Source: Neovahlkampfia damariscottae (Eukaryota). Taken from it: 50,406 nt of DNA. Positions 14,295 through 27,974 of the stretch are shown one piece after another (the first letter of the stretch is position 1; each line of letters starts with the position of its first letter). Both the position numbers and the translations under genes were made by a program. The notes beneath the pieces were generated by a model that had not been told where the DNA came from, did no database searches, and saw only the letters and a program-made list of their open reading frames with translations. Where the stretch lies: assembly GCA_016618085.1 (NCBI GenBank), contig JABLTG010000146.1:1-50406 (forward strand), read 5' to 3'.

Positions 14295-14638
14295 TCTGAC
14301 GAAAATTGAATTGTCCAATAGGAATAACATCCATTTCCATTTATATATTTTTGGAAAATTTTTGAAGATGCCATAATACGATGTTTTTACTCGGAATAAC
14401 ACTAGCCAGGCAACACTACAAATTGAAAATGAACTGCAAAAATAAACTAGAAGGGTGATTCCGCCAATCGTTCTGAAGCAATAAATAGGGTATTATTTGT
14501 CCACAAAATTATTCCAAATTTGTTAAATTTCCTTTCCAGGTATTTATTAAATTTTCGAATTTCCATTTTCCCACTAATTTAGTTGTTTTTAGAATCACTG
14601 ATTTGAACTGTGTTTGTTAAATAATAATATTGAACCCT

Positions 14639-15286
14639 TTATTTATTATTCTGAAAATTCATTGAATAACCACCTGTTTCATTTTGTTGAAAATTAAAAT
14701 TGTCTGTTGATAAACCAAAAGGATTTAAAATGGTATTTCCTAAATCTTTCAGTTGAGAAAACATTTTTTCCATGTCCTTTTTTTGTTTTTCTTGAAATAG
14801 AGTTTCCAATCTTTTAATATCTTTGTCAATTTCTTTGTTATCAACATCAATTTCTTTAATCTTTTTTAAATCTTCAAAAAAAATATTTAATTTTTTTAAA
14901 GTTACCAGCAAGAGATTCTTCATATTTTTCTAAATTTTCATAAGCCTTTGCCCTTCTAAAATAACACTTTACATATTTTTCATTTATTTCCAACGCATTT
15001 GTGCAACATTCAATAGCTCTTTCATAAGCAGAATTTTTTAAATAACATGCGGAAACATTTGAATATAATTGAACCATTAATTCTTTCAAATCTTCTTTGT
15101 CTTCAATTTTTTCAATTTTAATTAATCCTTCTTGATAAAACTTTTCAGCTTCGGCAAAGTTTTGTTTTTTAAATTCAAAATTTCCTTCTTCTTTTAATTT
15201 TTTTATCTTAAAATGATTAAAAAATGAAAGGAAATTACTTCTTCAATTATGTTATTTGATTCGACTATTTCTTCAAATTTAACCAT
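14639..15286 (-). CDS. TTC1: TPR co-chaperone, TTC1-like
   Basis: TPR repeats ([35 protein letters not shown]) and the C-terminal [19 protein letters not shown]...GGYSMNF typical of TTC1. Two introns. Confidence 0.8.
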
Positions 15287-15312
15287 TTTGATTTGGCCAA
15301 TCAAACGTCAGA
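15287..15312. promoter_or_regulatory. 26-nt bidirectional promoter with CCAAT box
   Basis: GGCCAATC (CCAAT at 15297-15301) lies between divergent ATGs at 15286 (-) and 15313 (+). Confidence 0.6.
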
Positions 15313-16879
15313 ATGTCGGAAGAAATTTTTGTTGTTGTCGGAGGTGAGAGATTCATTTTATTCATTTAAAAATAGGTGGTTATAGTGGTTTAAGTTTTGC
15401 AGAAGAAATCAGAAAATTAGAAAAAGATGATTTCAAAAAAAGAATAATCATTTATTCAGCGGAAGAGTTTTGCAGCAGACCAAACATATTTTTTAGATTA
15501 AAAGTAAATTGAAAATATCTTCTAAAAAACAAGTTTCCAACTCAAGACAAAGTTGATTTTGGTGAAAAAGCTAAAGAGTTTTATGAAAAAAATAAATTTG
15601 AATTAAGACATCAAAAAGTTGTCAAAATCGATACAAAAGAGAAGTATTTACTCACAGAAAATGGTGAAAAACAAATATTTGATAAATTATTATTATCAAC
15701 TGGTTCAGTACCAAATTATATTAACAAAGATCAAAAATTCTTACTTCCAACATTGGAAAATTATCAAGAATTAAAATTAGAAAAAGATATTTTTGTTATT
15801 AGAGATATTCAACAAGTCACTACCTTAAATGAAAGAATTTTAAGTTTTAAAGATACAACTGTAAACACCTGTTTAATGTTAATTATTTAAAAAGTGTAAC
15901 ATCTTTGTTGTTGGTTCAGGTGCTCTTTCACTTGATATTTGTAGTTCAATTACTGAAGGATTTAAAAATGAAAATGTCAATATCACAATTTTGTCAAGAA
16001 GAAAAAACCTTGGTTTTCCTTTATTAGATTTTGATGCAGCAGAAATAATAACAAAAAGAGTTCAAGAAAAGTATTCAAAGAATATTAAAATCATATTTGA
16101 AGATTCAATTGAATCAATTGAACATCAAAAAGACAACAAAAAAATCAATTTGAAATCAAAAAAAGTAATTGAAGCAAATATTATTGTACAAGCTGTAGGT
16201 GTTCATCCAAATAGTGAACTTGGAAAGAATTCGGGATTAAAAATTGGTAAAAGAGGAGGTACTTTGGTAAATGAGAAATTTGAATGTTCAAGTGTGGATG
16301 AAGATATTCCAAAAGGAACAATATTCAGTTAGTTTTTGAAAAAGTATTTAATATCTTTTAAAAAGGGTAATTCATAATGTATACATATCTTATATTTCAA
16401 GTTGTGGTGATTGTACTGAAATTACTGATAAATTTTATGAAACTGCAAATTATCTGAATTGGACAATGTGCAGAGAAGAATCAGTAGAATGTGCTAAATG
16501 CATAATGGATGAAAGTTATGAACCAAAAATTTTGTTTAGTCAAACTTTAAAATTGTTCAATTTATTCATTTCATGTTCTGGTCATTACAAATTAGATGAA
16601 AATGAAAATATAATTGTGAAAAAAAGAATTGGTGAAAATGATGAATTTGTGAAACTTACATTTGAAAAAATTGAAAATGACAAATTTATATTAATTGGAG
16701 CTTTAATTTTTGGTGAAAAAGTAAATCATTTTAGATTGGGAACAAATGTTTTGAGTGTGATGAAATCAAAAAAAATAATTGATGAACAAACAATGAATTC
16801 AATGATCAAAGATGATTATAAATGGACAAGTGGTAAAAAATATGTCAATCCAGTAAAGAGTAAATTGAAAAAAAAATAA
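15313..16879 (+). CDS. FAD-dependent pyridine nucleotide-disulfide oxidoreductase (PYROXD1 / NADH:rubredoxin reductase-like)
   Basis: Spliced motifs VVVGGGYSG, FDKLLLSTGS, VVGSGALS, AVGVHPN, IFSCGDC and LIGALIFGE. Introns include the pair 16328-16365 and 16367-16401. Confidence 0.8.
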
Positions 16880-16909
16880 AAAATTTTTATCCAATCCCAT
16901 TTCGTTTGA

Positions 16910-17310
16910 ATGTCGACCAACAAAGAAAAAACAAAAGAAGGTTTGACAAAAACTTTTATTTTAAAATCATAAAAGATGAAGAAAAAATTGTTGTTTTTTT
17001 AAAAGCAGTTGGAAATGCTCCCATTTTAAAAGTCAAAAAATTTAAAATTGCATCAAACAATTCTTTCAAAGTTTTACAAGCAAAATTAAGAGGTTTTTTA
17101 AATTTAAAACCTGCTGATACACTAGTAAATTAAATATACTATTAAATTTCTTCAGTTTATGTATTGTGGAACAGCATTTTGTCCAAGTCCAGATGAAAAG
17201 CTTTCTCAACTTTATGAGGTAAAATATTTTTTTTTATGAACTGTTTTTAGAATTTTTCAACAGATAAAATGTTAGTTATTAATTACTCTTTGACACCTGC
17301 ATGGGGATAA
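16910..17310 (+). CDS. ATG12: Autophagy ubiquitin-like protein Atg12
   Basis: KIVVFLKAVGNAPILK, AFCPSPDE and C-terminal YSLTPAWG*. Three short introns. Confidence 0.93.
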
Positions 17311-17327
17311 AACAAAAAAAAAACAAT

Positions 17328-18354
17328 TTAATAAATCAAAACTTCTGTTGCTCTTTGTAAATCATTGTTTGTTGAAATTAATGCTTGAATTGAGTCTTCT
17401 CTACTAAATCCCATTTCTATTAAAAGTTGAACATAATCTTCTCTTGCACTAACATTTTCATCATCTAAATTCACATTTGTTTGTCTTTCATTATTTTGTT
17501 GTTGAACTGGATTTCTTAGTCGTTGTGGAGTTGAATTTTGTTCTCTAATATTCATAGGTGTAGGTTGAGCAAATAATGACATTGCTTGATTTGGTGTATT
17601 AATATAAGGATAAATATAATTTCCAAATTGAATAAATACTTTTGGAAAACGAATTTCTTTCAACCTCAAAAAATCTAATCTATAAATGAAACCTTTTTTT
17701 TGAAAATTTTTTAGAGTATTTTTTAAAATGTACCAGCCAGTATTCCTGATATAGCTGCTATTGTTGAATTTGGAAAATGAGCAATTGACAATTGAATTGA
17801 AAGTAAATAAATTGCGTACTTTTCTGAAATATTAAATTTCCAAACTTTGTAGGATTCAGTTGCAGGAACATCTAAAATATAAGAAACTAAACATGAAAAT
17901 ATAATTCCATATGCTCCAGACCAAATTGTATTAAAATGTGGAGTTATAACAACCTAAAAAGAAAATTAAAAAAGAATTTTAATAATACAATTGTAAATTG
18001 AAAAAAATAAGTCAAAATTGTTGAAATAATTGAAAATATTAAAAATTTTTGACTTCCATAATTTCTTTCAAATAATCTAAAACAGTATAACAAAATAATT
18101 CCAAAAAATAATTCTCCAACTGAATTAAACATAAAAAAACCAGTTATTAATCTATAAAATTGTAAAATGTTCAAATTAGGTGTTCCATAACCAAATAATT
18201 CTGGACCACCACCTTTTTTATTTGTGCTTATTGCAGTTGATAATATATTGAAACCAATTATCAGAAAGAATAGTATTTTTGAAATAGGAGCATTATCTAT
18301 GAAGTTTAAAAAAAAAAAAGTTTTACAAAATCCTGAAACACCAAAGACACTCAT
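17328..18354 (-). CDS. Rhomboid-like pseudoprotease with C-terminal UBA domain (UBAC2/Dsc2-like)
   Basis: N-terminal GF..APISK, QFYRLIT, LYCFRLFERNYGSQKF, several hydrophobic helices, and UBA motif LIEMGFSREDSIQALISTNNDLQRATEVL. Confidence 0.8.
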
Positions 18355-18475
18355 AATTGAAGTTGTGTTTTTTTTTGTACAAATGAGAATAATTATGATT
18401 GGTTTGAATTTAATTTAAAAAAAACATTATAAAAATGAATGAAAATAATTAAATAATAAATGGTTTATAAATTTT

Positions 18476-19630
18476 TTAGAAACTTAATTTTTTTGGTTGT
18501 TCCCATGTGAATCCCATATCTTCTCTTCCAAAATGTCCGTATGAAGCAGTTTTTTGATAAACTGGTTTTCTTAAATCAAGTTCTTTGATGATAGCATATG
18601 GTCTTAAATCGAAGTTCTTTTTAACAATTTCCAAGATTTCAGTATCATCTTTTGTACCTGTTCCATAAGTGTTAACATAAATTGAGAGTGGTTCTGAAAC
18701 ACCAATAGCATAAGCCAATTGAACAAGACATTTTTTAGCTAATCCAGCAGCAACAATTGATTTTGCAACCCATCTTGCAGCATAAGCAGCTGATCTATCA
18801 ACTTTTGATGGATCTTTTCCTGAAAAAGCACCACCACCGTGAGCACCGTGTCCACCATAAGTATCAACAATAATTTTTCTTCCAGTTAAACCAGCATCTC
18901 CTTGTGGTCCTCCAATAACAAATCTTCCAGATGGATTTAATACATATTTTGTTTTGTCATCTAATAATTCTTTTGGAACAACTGGTTTGACAACTTGTTC
19001 AAGAAGGTCTTTTGAAATTTGTTCGTTTGAAACGTCGTCTTTATGTTGTGTTGAGATAAGGATTGTATGAACTCTTTTTGGGATATGGATTCCGTTTACT
19101 ACTTCATATTCAATTGTAACTTGAGTTTTAGCATCTGGTAAAGCCCATTTTAATGTACCGTCTTTTCTAACTTTTGAGAGTTGAAGAGCGAGTTTTTGTG
19201 AAAGTGAGTGTGAAAGTGGGAAAAGTTCTTTAGTTTCATCACAAGCATAACCAAACATTAAACCTTGATCTCCAGCACCTAAGTCTTCTTCTGATTTTCC
19301 TTCATGAACACCTTGAGCAATATCTGGTGATTGTTGTTCAATAGCGATAAGAAGGTTGCATGTTTTGTAATCAAATCCTTTGTTTGAATCATCAAATCCA
19401 ATTTCTTTGACTGCATCACGAACAATTTTTTGATAATCTAATTTAGCAGTTGTTGTAATTTCTCCTAAAAGTAAAACCATACCAGTTTTTGTAGCAGTTT
19501 CACAAGCAACTTTTGAATTTGGATCTTGAGCTAAACATGCATCAAGAACAGCATCAGAAATTTGATCGCACATTTTATCTGGATGTCCTTCTGTAACAGA
19601 TTCGGATGAAAAAAGGTAGTTTGTTGTCAT
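18476..19630 (-). CDS. MAT: S-adenosylmethionine synthetase
   Basis: Intronless 384-aa ORF with [26 protein letters not shown] and YGHFGR. Confidence 0.98.
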   Translation of the reverse strand: MTTNYLFSSESVTEGHPDKMCDQISDAVLDACLAQDPNSKVACETATKTGMVLLLGEITTTAKLDYQKIVRDAVKEIGFDDSNKGFDYKTCNLLIAIEQQSPDIAQGVHEGKSEEDLGAGDQGLMFGYACDETKELFPLSHSLSQKLALQLSKVRKDGTLKWALPDAKTQVTIEYEVVNGIHIPKRVHTILISTQHKDDVSNEQISKDLLEQVVKPVVPKELLDDKTKYVLNPSGRFVIGGPQGDAGLTGRKIIVDTYGGHGAHGGGAFSGKDPSKVDRSAAYAARWVAKSIVAAGLAKKCLVQLAYAIGVSEPLSIYVNTYGTGTKDDTEILEIVKKNFDLRPYAIIKELDLRKPVYQKTASYGHFGREDMGFTWEQPKKLSF

Positions 19631-19839
19631 TGTGTGAAAAAGTAAAGACGGAAATGAATTGAAATGATTGGATAATTTATAAATTGGAAAGTCGGTTGAT
19701 TGGACAATAATTTAACCGACGATTCGAAACATGCAATAAAACAGTTTTTCATTTAATTTTTAAAAATAAGAAGTACTCTTCAAACCGATTTTTTCCATTT
19801 TTTACAAAGTGTTGTCACAATTTCATTGGTTGAATACCC

Positions 19840-22008
19840 ATGGAAAAAGAAGAAGAAGAATCAAAAACTTTTATTTTTCAATCCATTCAAAGAGAAATTA
19901 AAGAATTCAATGAATTGTTATTTTTATTTTTGTAACTTTTAGGTCTGAAAATACTCAAGACAGTGCGTTGATCAAAAGAAAAATATTTTCATTGCTCAGT
20001 GGCCTGTTTGGTGACTTAAAATTGAAATATTTGATCATTGATATTATACGTGAATCTATTTTACCAAGAGAAATAGAAGAATATGCCCAAAAAATTTATT
20101 TTTTTTTCAGGTTCGCAAAATTTTCTTCGGCTATTGTCCAAATACTTGTGGAAACAATTTTATATGCTTCTAAGATAGATTTATCATATAACTTTACACT
20201 TTCTGAACTAGATTATATTACAAATATTTTAATTTCAAAATATTTACAAAATTCAGAAGAAATTACAGGAGAAGAGTTTGAAAATGCAATGAAATTCCTC
20301 ATAAATCAATACAGTAATAACTTGATTTCTTAAAATTTTGCCAAGCAAATATCAAACATATTGATCATTTTGTTGTAACTTCAACTCGGAATTTATTTCA
20401 TTTTTGTCAATATGCCATTATAGAAGGAACAAGTATTTCTGAAGAATCATTTTTGAAAATATTCAAATCAATTCAAAACATAAAGAACCATTTATTCAAA
20501 AAAGAATTTGAGTCAATAATTTTTGTTTGTGTTTCAACTGGAAAGTTAAAATCTAATAAATTACAACAACTTCAATTTCTTAAATTAGTTTTAGAAACAG
20601 ATATGTCAAATGATTTTTTACGAATTATGAAAGAATGTATCTACAGACTATCAGCAAAAGAAAGAGTGGTAAAACTGAAAAAATAATTTATTTTTCAAGA
20701 CATCAGTTGCATTATTTTCATTAGTTTTCAAACCAAAGATGGTTTTAAATTTTATTCTTCAAAATATCATTTGCTCAGATCAAAGTTACGAAGTCAGAGT
20801 CGCATGTATAGAAGGTATCAGTTCTTTCAATTAAAAAGTTGAATTAGCTATTCAACAAATCTTTTCAACTCAAGACTTTGATAAAAATTATACAAAGGAG
20901 AAATTGGTTTTTCTTTGTAAAATGGATCCAAACAAAATAGTTAGATTAAAGTCTATAAGATTACTTGAAAAAATATCAACCGAAACACATGGTAATGGAA
21001 CATATTTTAAACGTTATTTTTGAATAGAAAATATTGACTTATTAATTCTCAAGGGATTTGATAAAGATTTTAGTGTCAGATTATTTGCATTACAAAAAGT
21101 AGTTTCTTTTGGTTCAAAGAATATTGACAAACATGCTGGAAAGATCAAATCAAAAGTTTCTCAACTAGTTTATGAATCATTACTACATGTCAATGATAAA
21201 ATCAAAACTTTGGGTGAAAAACTATGTACACCAATTTTAAATTTTCATCAACATTTATTTTTTAGTTTTAGATTATTTACAAAGTTTTCGACCATCTGAT
21301 ATTTTAGAAAAATTTGATTTTGAAGAAAGATTCAATATATTTCATCCAATTATTGAAAATAATATTCAATCTATTATGGAAAAAGAAATTGATTTCTCAC
21401 AATCTCAAGAAATTATTATGGAAGTAGAAACAACAATTGAAGAATCAGAAGAATTGATAGAAGACCAATTTAGTCCTTTTGATCTCAATGATTTATCTTT
21501 TGAAGAACTCATTCAAAGACTAAAAACCATTCAAGAGATTTATTCAAAAAATTTTTATGTGAATGAAAAACATTTGAAATTTTTAGATTTGTTAAATGAC
21601 TATATTGAAAAAAGCATCAAACATTTAATTGAAGAGTTCATTGAATTTGAAAATTTAAAAGGATGGAAAAATTACAGAATTGAAGATTTTGAAAATAGAT
21701 TAACAACAATGAATCAATGTAAGAGTATCGTTTCAACATTATTTGATAAACATGAAAATTCATCAACTGATTCACTTAAAGTATTATCTGAATTAAAAAA
21801 AAGAAAAGAAAAAAGAAAAGAAAAACAAGAAATATTGAAAAAACAACAAGATGAATTCTGGAATCAAATTGCATTCAAAACAGACAATGAACAATATTAT
21901 TTTTTTATTTCAAAATTTGGATTTATTAAAGGAAGAAAAAACTATGGAGAATGGAAAGAAGTTTCAATTTTGAACAAAACAACAAGTGTTTATTCTTCAT
22001 TAATTTGA
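19840..22008 (+). CDS. HEAT/ARM-repeat protein of unknown function (weak condensin CAP-G-like signature)
   Basis: Multi-exon model from ATG 19840 with HEAT-type D-x-x-x-x-V-R motifs (DQSYEVRVACIE, DPNKIVRLKSI, DKDFSVRLFALQ) and a coiled-coil C-terminus. Confidence 0.6.
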
Positions 22009-22033
22009 ATGAACTGTTTATTCTTTATAAATT

Positions 22034-23723
22034 TTAAAACATTTGTTTTAATTCTAATTCTGGGAATTGCATATTTGTATCACCTAATAATAATAAGGCT
22101 TGTTCACCTAATCTATTTCCTCCTAATAATAATTTTTCAATTGTTGAGTTTGACTTTTGTGAAAATTAAATACATTTTTCTTTTTTTCTTACCACAATCA
22201 TAAAAGCCAATTGTTTAGCACCAGCATAACCAATTTCATTTGATTCCATATTTAAAATAGCAAGTTCTTTATTTTTTGATAATGATTTTGCAAGAAGTTT
22301 ACTTCCTTCATTTCCAATTTTGTTATGAGTAACATGTAATTCTTTTAAAACATATTTTGAAGATAATAATTTAGCTAAAGCAGCACAACCAACATCTGAA
22401 ATTTGATTATTATTTAAATATAATTTTGGAATTTTAATTTCTGAATTATTCAATAAAGCATCAACAAATTCTTCCATTTTTTCACCTCCAAATGAATTAT
22501 TATTTAAATTAAGTTCAGTTAATCCTTTATTTTTCGCCAATGATTTTGAAAATTCTGATAAAGCTTCTTCGTTAATATTATTATGACTTAAATTTAAAGA
22601 TTTGATAGTATATTTTTTTTCAAGTATTTTTTTTGAAAATTCTGATAAAGAAGAAAAACCAATACCACAATCTGAAAAGTTCAAGTGTGTAATGGATCCA
22701 TTACTTTCAAGTGCAGGAAGTAAGGTTAATAATCCTTCATTTCCAATTTGAGCACCTGAAAAATCTAATACTTTTAAATTTTGATGATCTTTTAATGGAT
22801 CAACCATAGCAATAACACCTTCAATAATTAATGGTTTGTTTACATGAACTTCAGTTGCAGAACTTCCTTTTGTAAAAAATTCTAATAAGTCAATATCTTC
22901 ATTCATCTTTTTTTGTCTACATTTTTTTGTATATTGAAGAATTGAAATTCTTGTACTAATAGCATTTAACCATTCAGCACGTAATTCATCAGGTTCACCT
23001 TTTTCACCTTTTTCAAGTGAGACATCAAAATATAGAACTCTTTCAGGTTTATCATCATCATCGTCTTTATCCTTTCCACCTTTTGCCATACTTTGTCTTT
23101 TTTGTGTTGTATCTTCATCTGTTACACCATTATTTGTAATCATTAAACAAGTCTTTCCATCTGGACGATCATTTCCACTTACAATTTGTACACTACATGA
23201 CTCTAAAGGTATACTTCCTTTACTTTTATTATTTCTAGCAGTATAATAATTTAATGAAGGTCCATTTAAAATAAACCATCTCTATTGAAAAAAGTTAATT
23301 AAAAATGACTTTTTTCCAAACTTTTTTCCAATTTTTATGAATTCTTCCTTCTTTAACCATCCAACCTTCTTTATAAACTTTTTCATCAATTTTCATTTTA
23401 ATTTTATCCTTGACAGATTCAATTTTATTTTCAGAAACTTCTGACTCTTCTCTAATACTATGAATTTGTGTATCAATAGATTTGAAAAAAGCTTCATTAA
23501 AATTTAAAATAACATGTGTAGGACCATCATCTTGAATATTTGTACCAATATTGAATATTTCTTGATAGTCTGTGTGATCTTGAATTCTTGAATTTTTTAT
23601 AGCTGCTGCTTTATTCATAAAACTAGTGTTATCTGAGGATGATTCAGCTGCACTTGAACCGAATTTTTTGAGTGAAAATCCCTTGTTTGAATGCTTTTTC
23701 TCTACTTTTTTATTCACTTTCAT
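22034..23723 (-). CDS. PH domain + RNI-type leucine-rich-repeat protein (CARMIL-like architecture)
   Basis: PH motif KEGWMVKEGRIHKNWKK|RWFIL...KGSIPL...EWLNAI followed by LRRs (LNLSHNNI, LNLNNNSFG, LYLNNNQISDVG). Start placed at MKVNKK (23723), downstream of an ATTGG box; an in-frame ATG at 23771 is an alternative. Confidence 0.8.
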
Positions 23724-23774
23724 CCTCTCAAATTTTGATTTGTCAACAGTGACACGACCAATAAAAAACATTTT

Positions 23775-24643
23775 TTATTTTTCATTACAGTTTGAACCAT
23801 ATTTTTGAAATAAATCAGCTGCATATTTTTTCATTATAGCATCAACATCACTTGGTTGAATTTTATTATCTTTCAATAAACTTTGAACTAAACGTGATGC
23901 ATCTTGTGACCATCCATGAGCTGTTTGAAAATTTTTTTCAGCTAATTCTTTAGTTTTAGGTTCACAATGATCTAAGAATTTTTGTTGTGAAAAATATAAA
24001 AAGTTCAATTTTGCCAAAGGAAGTTCTGTACTTATTAATCTTTCAAAACTTGCAATAGTATCTGAAATAGCTGTAAAGTTATGTGATTTATAAGATGGTT
24101 TTTTTAATTCATAAAATTCATTTGCTTTATGAATAAATCTTTTTCCAGTCAAAGTATATTTTTGAGCACGAAAAATTTTCATTGAAGGTTCTGTTCTATG
24201 TACCATTCTCGAATCAACAGCAAATTGAATCAAACGATTATTCTTGCTTAAATATGATTTTTTATAATGACCTATTAAATCTTGAGATAAATGTGATGCA
24301 AATCCAAGACTGAATTCAATTGGATTAAAATTATCAACAGAGAACTCTTTTTGATTCTTTAAAGCAAATAAATATTGCCATTTTGCAAATTCAAAGGTAT
24401 GTAATTTTGGTTCTAAATATTTTACAGAATCAGGTGCTCCACCACCTAAATTAAAAGAATAAATTGGTCCGTCTTTTTTTTTTTTTTTGTTAAATTTTTG
24501 TTTTTTTCAAAACCTGAAGGAAAACATGTTGCATTTAATTTTAAACCTTTTAAGAAACAACCAAAAGTTTGATGAGTTAATGGACCCCAGGAAAAAACTA
24601 ATTGAAAGAGTACCGTTATGAAAATAAGAAACGTCAACTTCAT
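23775..24643 (-). CDS. Secreted zinc-dependent phospholipase C/P1 nuclease-fold protein (GPI-PLD N-terminal-like)
   Basis: Signal peptide followed by mature N-terminal WGPLTH, then GGAPDS and GFASHLSQDLIGH metal-ligand motifs. One poly-A intron. Confidence 0.7.
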
Positions 24644-24672
24644 TTTTTATCCAATCAAATTATTTTTAAGGC
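24644..24672. promoter_or_regulatory. 29-nt bidirectional promoter with CCAAT box
   Basis: CCAATC at 24651 lies between divergent ATGs at 24643 (-) and 24673 (+). Confidence 0.6.
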
Positions 24673-27600
24673 ATGGGTGTTTTTGTTTCGACTTCTAGAA
24701 GTGAATCTGATTCAAAACAAATCTCAGAAGGATCTGATGCAAATGAAAATGACTTCTTTGACATGAAAAAACAAAAAAGAATCGAAAATATGAAAAAACT
24801 ACTTCATTTACCCATTGATTATAATAAAGTTAAATGTAAACCAATTTTTACAGATTTTTTTAATCATATATAGTACATCCATTTATCGTTGAAAAACTAT
24901 TTGATGACTTTGTTATAGGAAGTGATTCAAATTCTGAGTTTGATGAACACAAATTCAAAAAAAAATATCCTGAAATTTCTAATACCACCATATATAATTT
25001 TTTATTACCATTACTCATTAAATCAGAAGAAAAAAGAAAAATAACATTCATAAACTATTTACATTTAATTTCAATTGCATTTTCAGGAACATATGAAGAG
25101 AAATCAACTCGTAAAATTATATTTTGAATTAATTTTCAAGTTATTTGTAAAGTGTTTAATCAAAATTTTGAAGGAAAAGAACATATGATACATCAAGGTG
25201 TTGTTGAAGAATTTGTTAAAGGAATGGCAGATATTCTTTCATTACCAAAAGAAAAAAGAAAAAGTAATTTAGAGAGTGTAAATACATTATTTATGAAACA
25301 AAAAAATCCAGAAGGTGGTAAATTTGTATCTATTGATCATGATATTGTTATGGATGAAGAAAAATTTAATAGCGTAATTTCATCAACCAATGATTTCAAA
25401 GATGATTCTGAAATGGATAATGATGTTATTCAAAATGTTACTTCAGAAAATGATTCTGAAAGTGATGACGAATCAAATTCAATTGAGTCATTAAAAGAGA
25501 AATCAATGATATTTCAAAAGAATTTAGTTGAATCAAGATCAAATTTTGAAAAGAATATTGATAATTTGTTGGAAAAAAAAGATATTATTAATATGAAACT
25601 TGATAAAGCATATTTTTATTTAAAACAAAAAATTGATGAAACTATCCAATTGGATGATAGATTTATTTCTGAAGAAGATTTAATTTTGAATGGAAAATCA
25701 AATTCAGATTGGATTGATTGTTTTGGTTTATTTGGGTTCATATCAAAACCAATTCTAAAAATAGAAAATTCTTTAATCGAGTTGGGGATTAATAATTTAA
25801 AAGAAAATTTTAAAAGACCAACTTTTCGAGGATTTTTGACATCAGATAAATCAAAAAATTCAAGATATACGAAAGTGGAAGATGGATTCATTTCATTCTA
25901 TCAAGGTGATGAAATGTCGAAAGATCCTTCTAAAGTATTTAATCTACAAGAAGCAATTGTTGATAGAATTCCAACACTAGAAAATTTTGAAAAGTATTCT
26001 TTTAGATTATCATTTAAAAATGAAAAATATACACGAACATTTTTTGTTGATACAGAAGAAGAATTAGAAAAATGGATTTGGTCAATTAGAGGAAATACTG
26101 GTTATAGAAGATATCAAAATCAATCTTCATTTCAAATTCAAGAAAACTGTGGAGCAAAATTTTATATTTCTGGGAAAGATTATTTTTCAGATCTTGCAAA
26201 TTATTTAAAAAATGCAGAAGAAGAAATATTGATTTCTGGTTGGGCAATACATCCTCACTTCTTTTTGAATGTATTATTTTGAAGTACTAATATTTTTTAG
26301 AGGAATCCATTCAAAGATAAATTAGATGATATTTTGTTAGAAAGAGCAAAGAATGGTGTTAAAATTAGAATTCTATTATGGGATGAAGCAGTTTTAATTA
26401 TTGATCTTGGCAGTTCTTATGCAAAGGAATACTTAAATTCTCTACACAAAAATATCACAGTTGTTAGAGACCCTGAACATTATTCTTTGATTCATTGGTC
26501 ACATCACCAAAAAACAGTAATTATCGATCAGAATATTGCATTTGTTGGTGGATTAGGTAAGAATAATAAATTATAAAAAAAATTCAAAGATATTGCTTAT
26601 AATAGATGGGACGATGAGAATTATTCTCTTTTTGATCATGAAAATAAATTTATTCCTGGAATGGATTATGTAAAGTAAGTATAAAAGTGATTTGATTAAA
26701 TTTCAAGTCCAATGATATCTAGTGGTAAAAGTGTAGGAGATAATTTGAAATCTTTTCTCAAAAGAGATAGAGATCCAAGAATGCCATGGAGAGATATTCA
26801 TACAATGGTATCCGGTTTATCTGCAAGGGATGTTGCTAGAAATTTTGCTCAAAGATGGAATTTCTCAAGAAGAAATGAGAAATCTGTAAGACCGATGGAA
26901 TTATTTTCTCAGCAAAAAGAAATTAAGTACACACTTCCATATACAAAATGTAAAATACAAGTTTTAAGATCAGCATCAAAATGGTCATTTGCAACAGAAA
27001 TACCAGAGAAATCAATTTATGAAGCATCAATAAAATTGATCCAAAAAGCTCAACATTATATTTATATTGAAAATCAATTCTTTATTTCTTCAAGTGGAAT
27101 TAAACAGAAAAATCCACAAAATAAAATACTGGCTGCTATTATCACAAAGTAAATCTAAATATTTGAATTCACATTTTGTAATAGAATCAAATGGGCTATT
27201 GAGTATAAGAAATCATTTAAATTGATTGTTCTGTTGCCAATACAACCTAGCAGGGATGCTTCAGAAGGAGCTGCAAGAATAATGATATATTGGACTCATA
27301 ATACAATTTATAGAGGAGATAATTCTTTATTTTCAATTTTAGAATCAGAGTTTCCAGATGTTGATATATCAAATTATATTGCATTTTATTCTCTTCGAAA
27401 TTATGGATTCCCAAAAAATTGTGAATATCCAGTTACTGAAATGGTTTATATTCACAGTAAATTGATGATAATTGATGATAAATACGCTCTAATAGGGTCA
27501 GCAAATCTCAATGATAGATCTTTGCATGGTGGTAGAGATAGTGAAATTGCTGTGTTGATAGAAGATGAAGAAAAAATTGAAACAATGATGAACAAAACAA

Positions 27601-27962
27601 AATATTCTGCTAGTAAGTATGTACATGAATTGAGAAAACAATGTTGGGGTGATTCAATTAAAAATGTTGAATCAAAAGAGTTGATTGATCCAATTACCTG
27701 TTTTGATTTTTTAAAAAATATTGCAAAAAAAAATACATTAATTTATGAAAAAGTATTCATTAAAGTTCATTCAACAATCTATCATGATTCAGATTTGAAA
27801 TATTTAAATAATTATCACAATAATTTTTCAAAAGAAACCTTGAAAAATATTGAAATGTTAAAAGACATTCAAGGATATTTAGTTACATATCCAAGAGAAT
27901 TCCTTCATCAAAGTGATAAGAATACTCATTTTACACAAAAAATAGACATGTTATTTATTTAA
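24673..27962 (+). CDS. PLD: Phospholipase D (PH domain + two HKD motifs)
   Basis: WSHHQKTVIID and YIHSKLMIIDD...GSANLNDRSL...RDSEI, RMPWRDIH, YIYIENQFF, and a PH domain ending EELEKWIWSI. Several short introns. Confidence 0.95.
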
Positions 27963-27974
27963 TTCTCATAAAAT

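Noticed and set aside
14456..14476. TGATTCCGCCAA followed by CTGA looks like a C/D snoRNA guide antisense to conserved LSU rRNA (TTGGCGGAATCA)
   Set aside because: There is no canonical box C upstream, the match stops 5 nt before the D box, it overlaps a CCAAT box, and 12-nt rRNA matches are expected by chance in 50 kb.
23769..23777. Possible fusion or readthrough of the Zn-phospholipase gene with the PH-LRR gene (ATG 3 nt after the stop)
   Set aside because: An ATTGG box at 23758-23762 and a downstream ATG at 23723 fit two independent genes, one secreted and one cytosolic.
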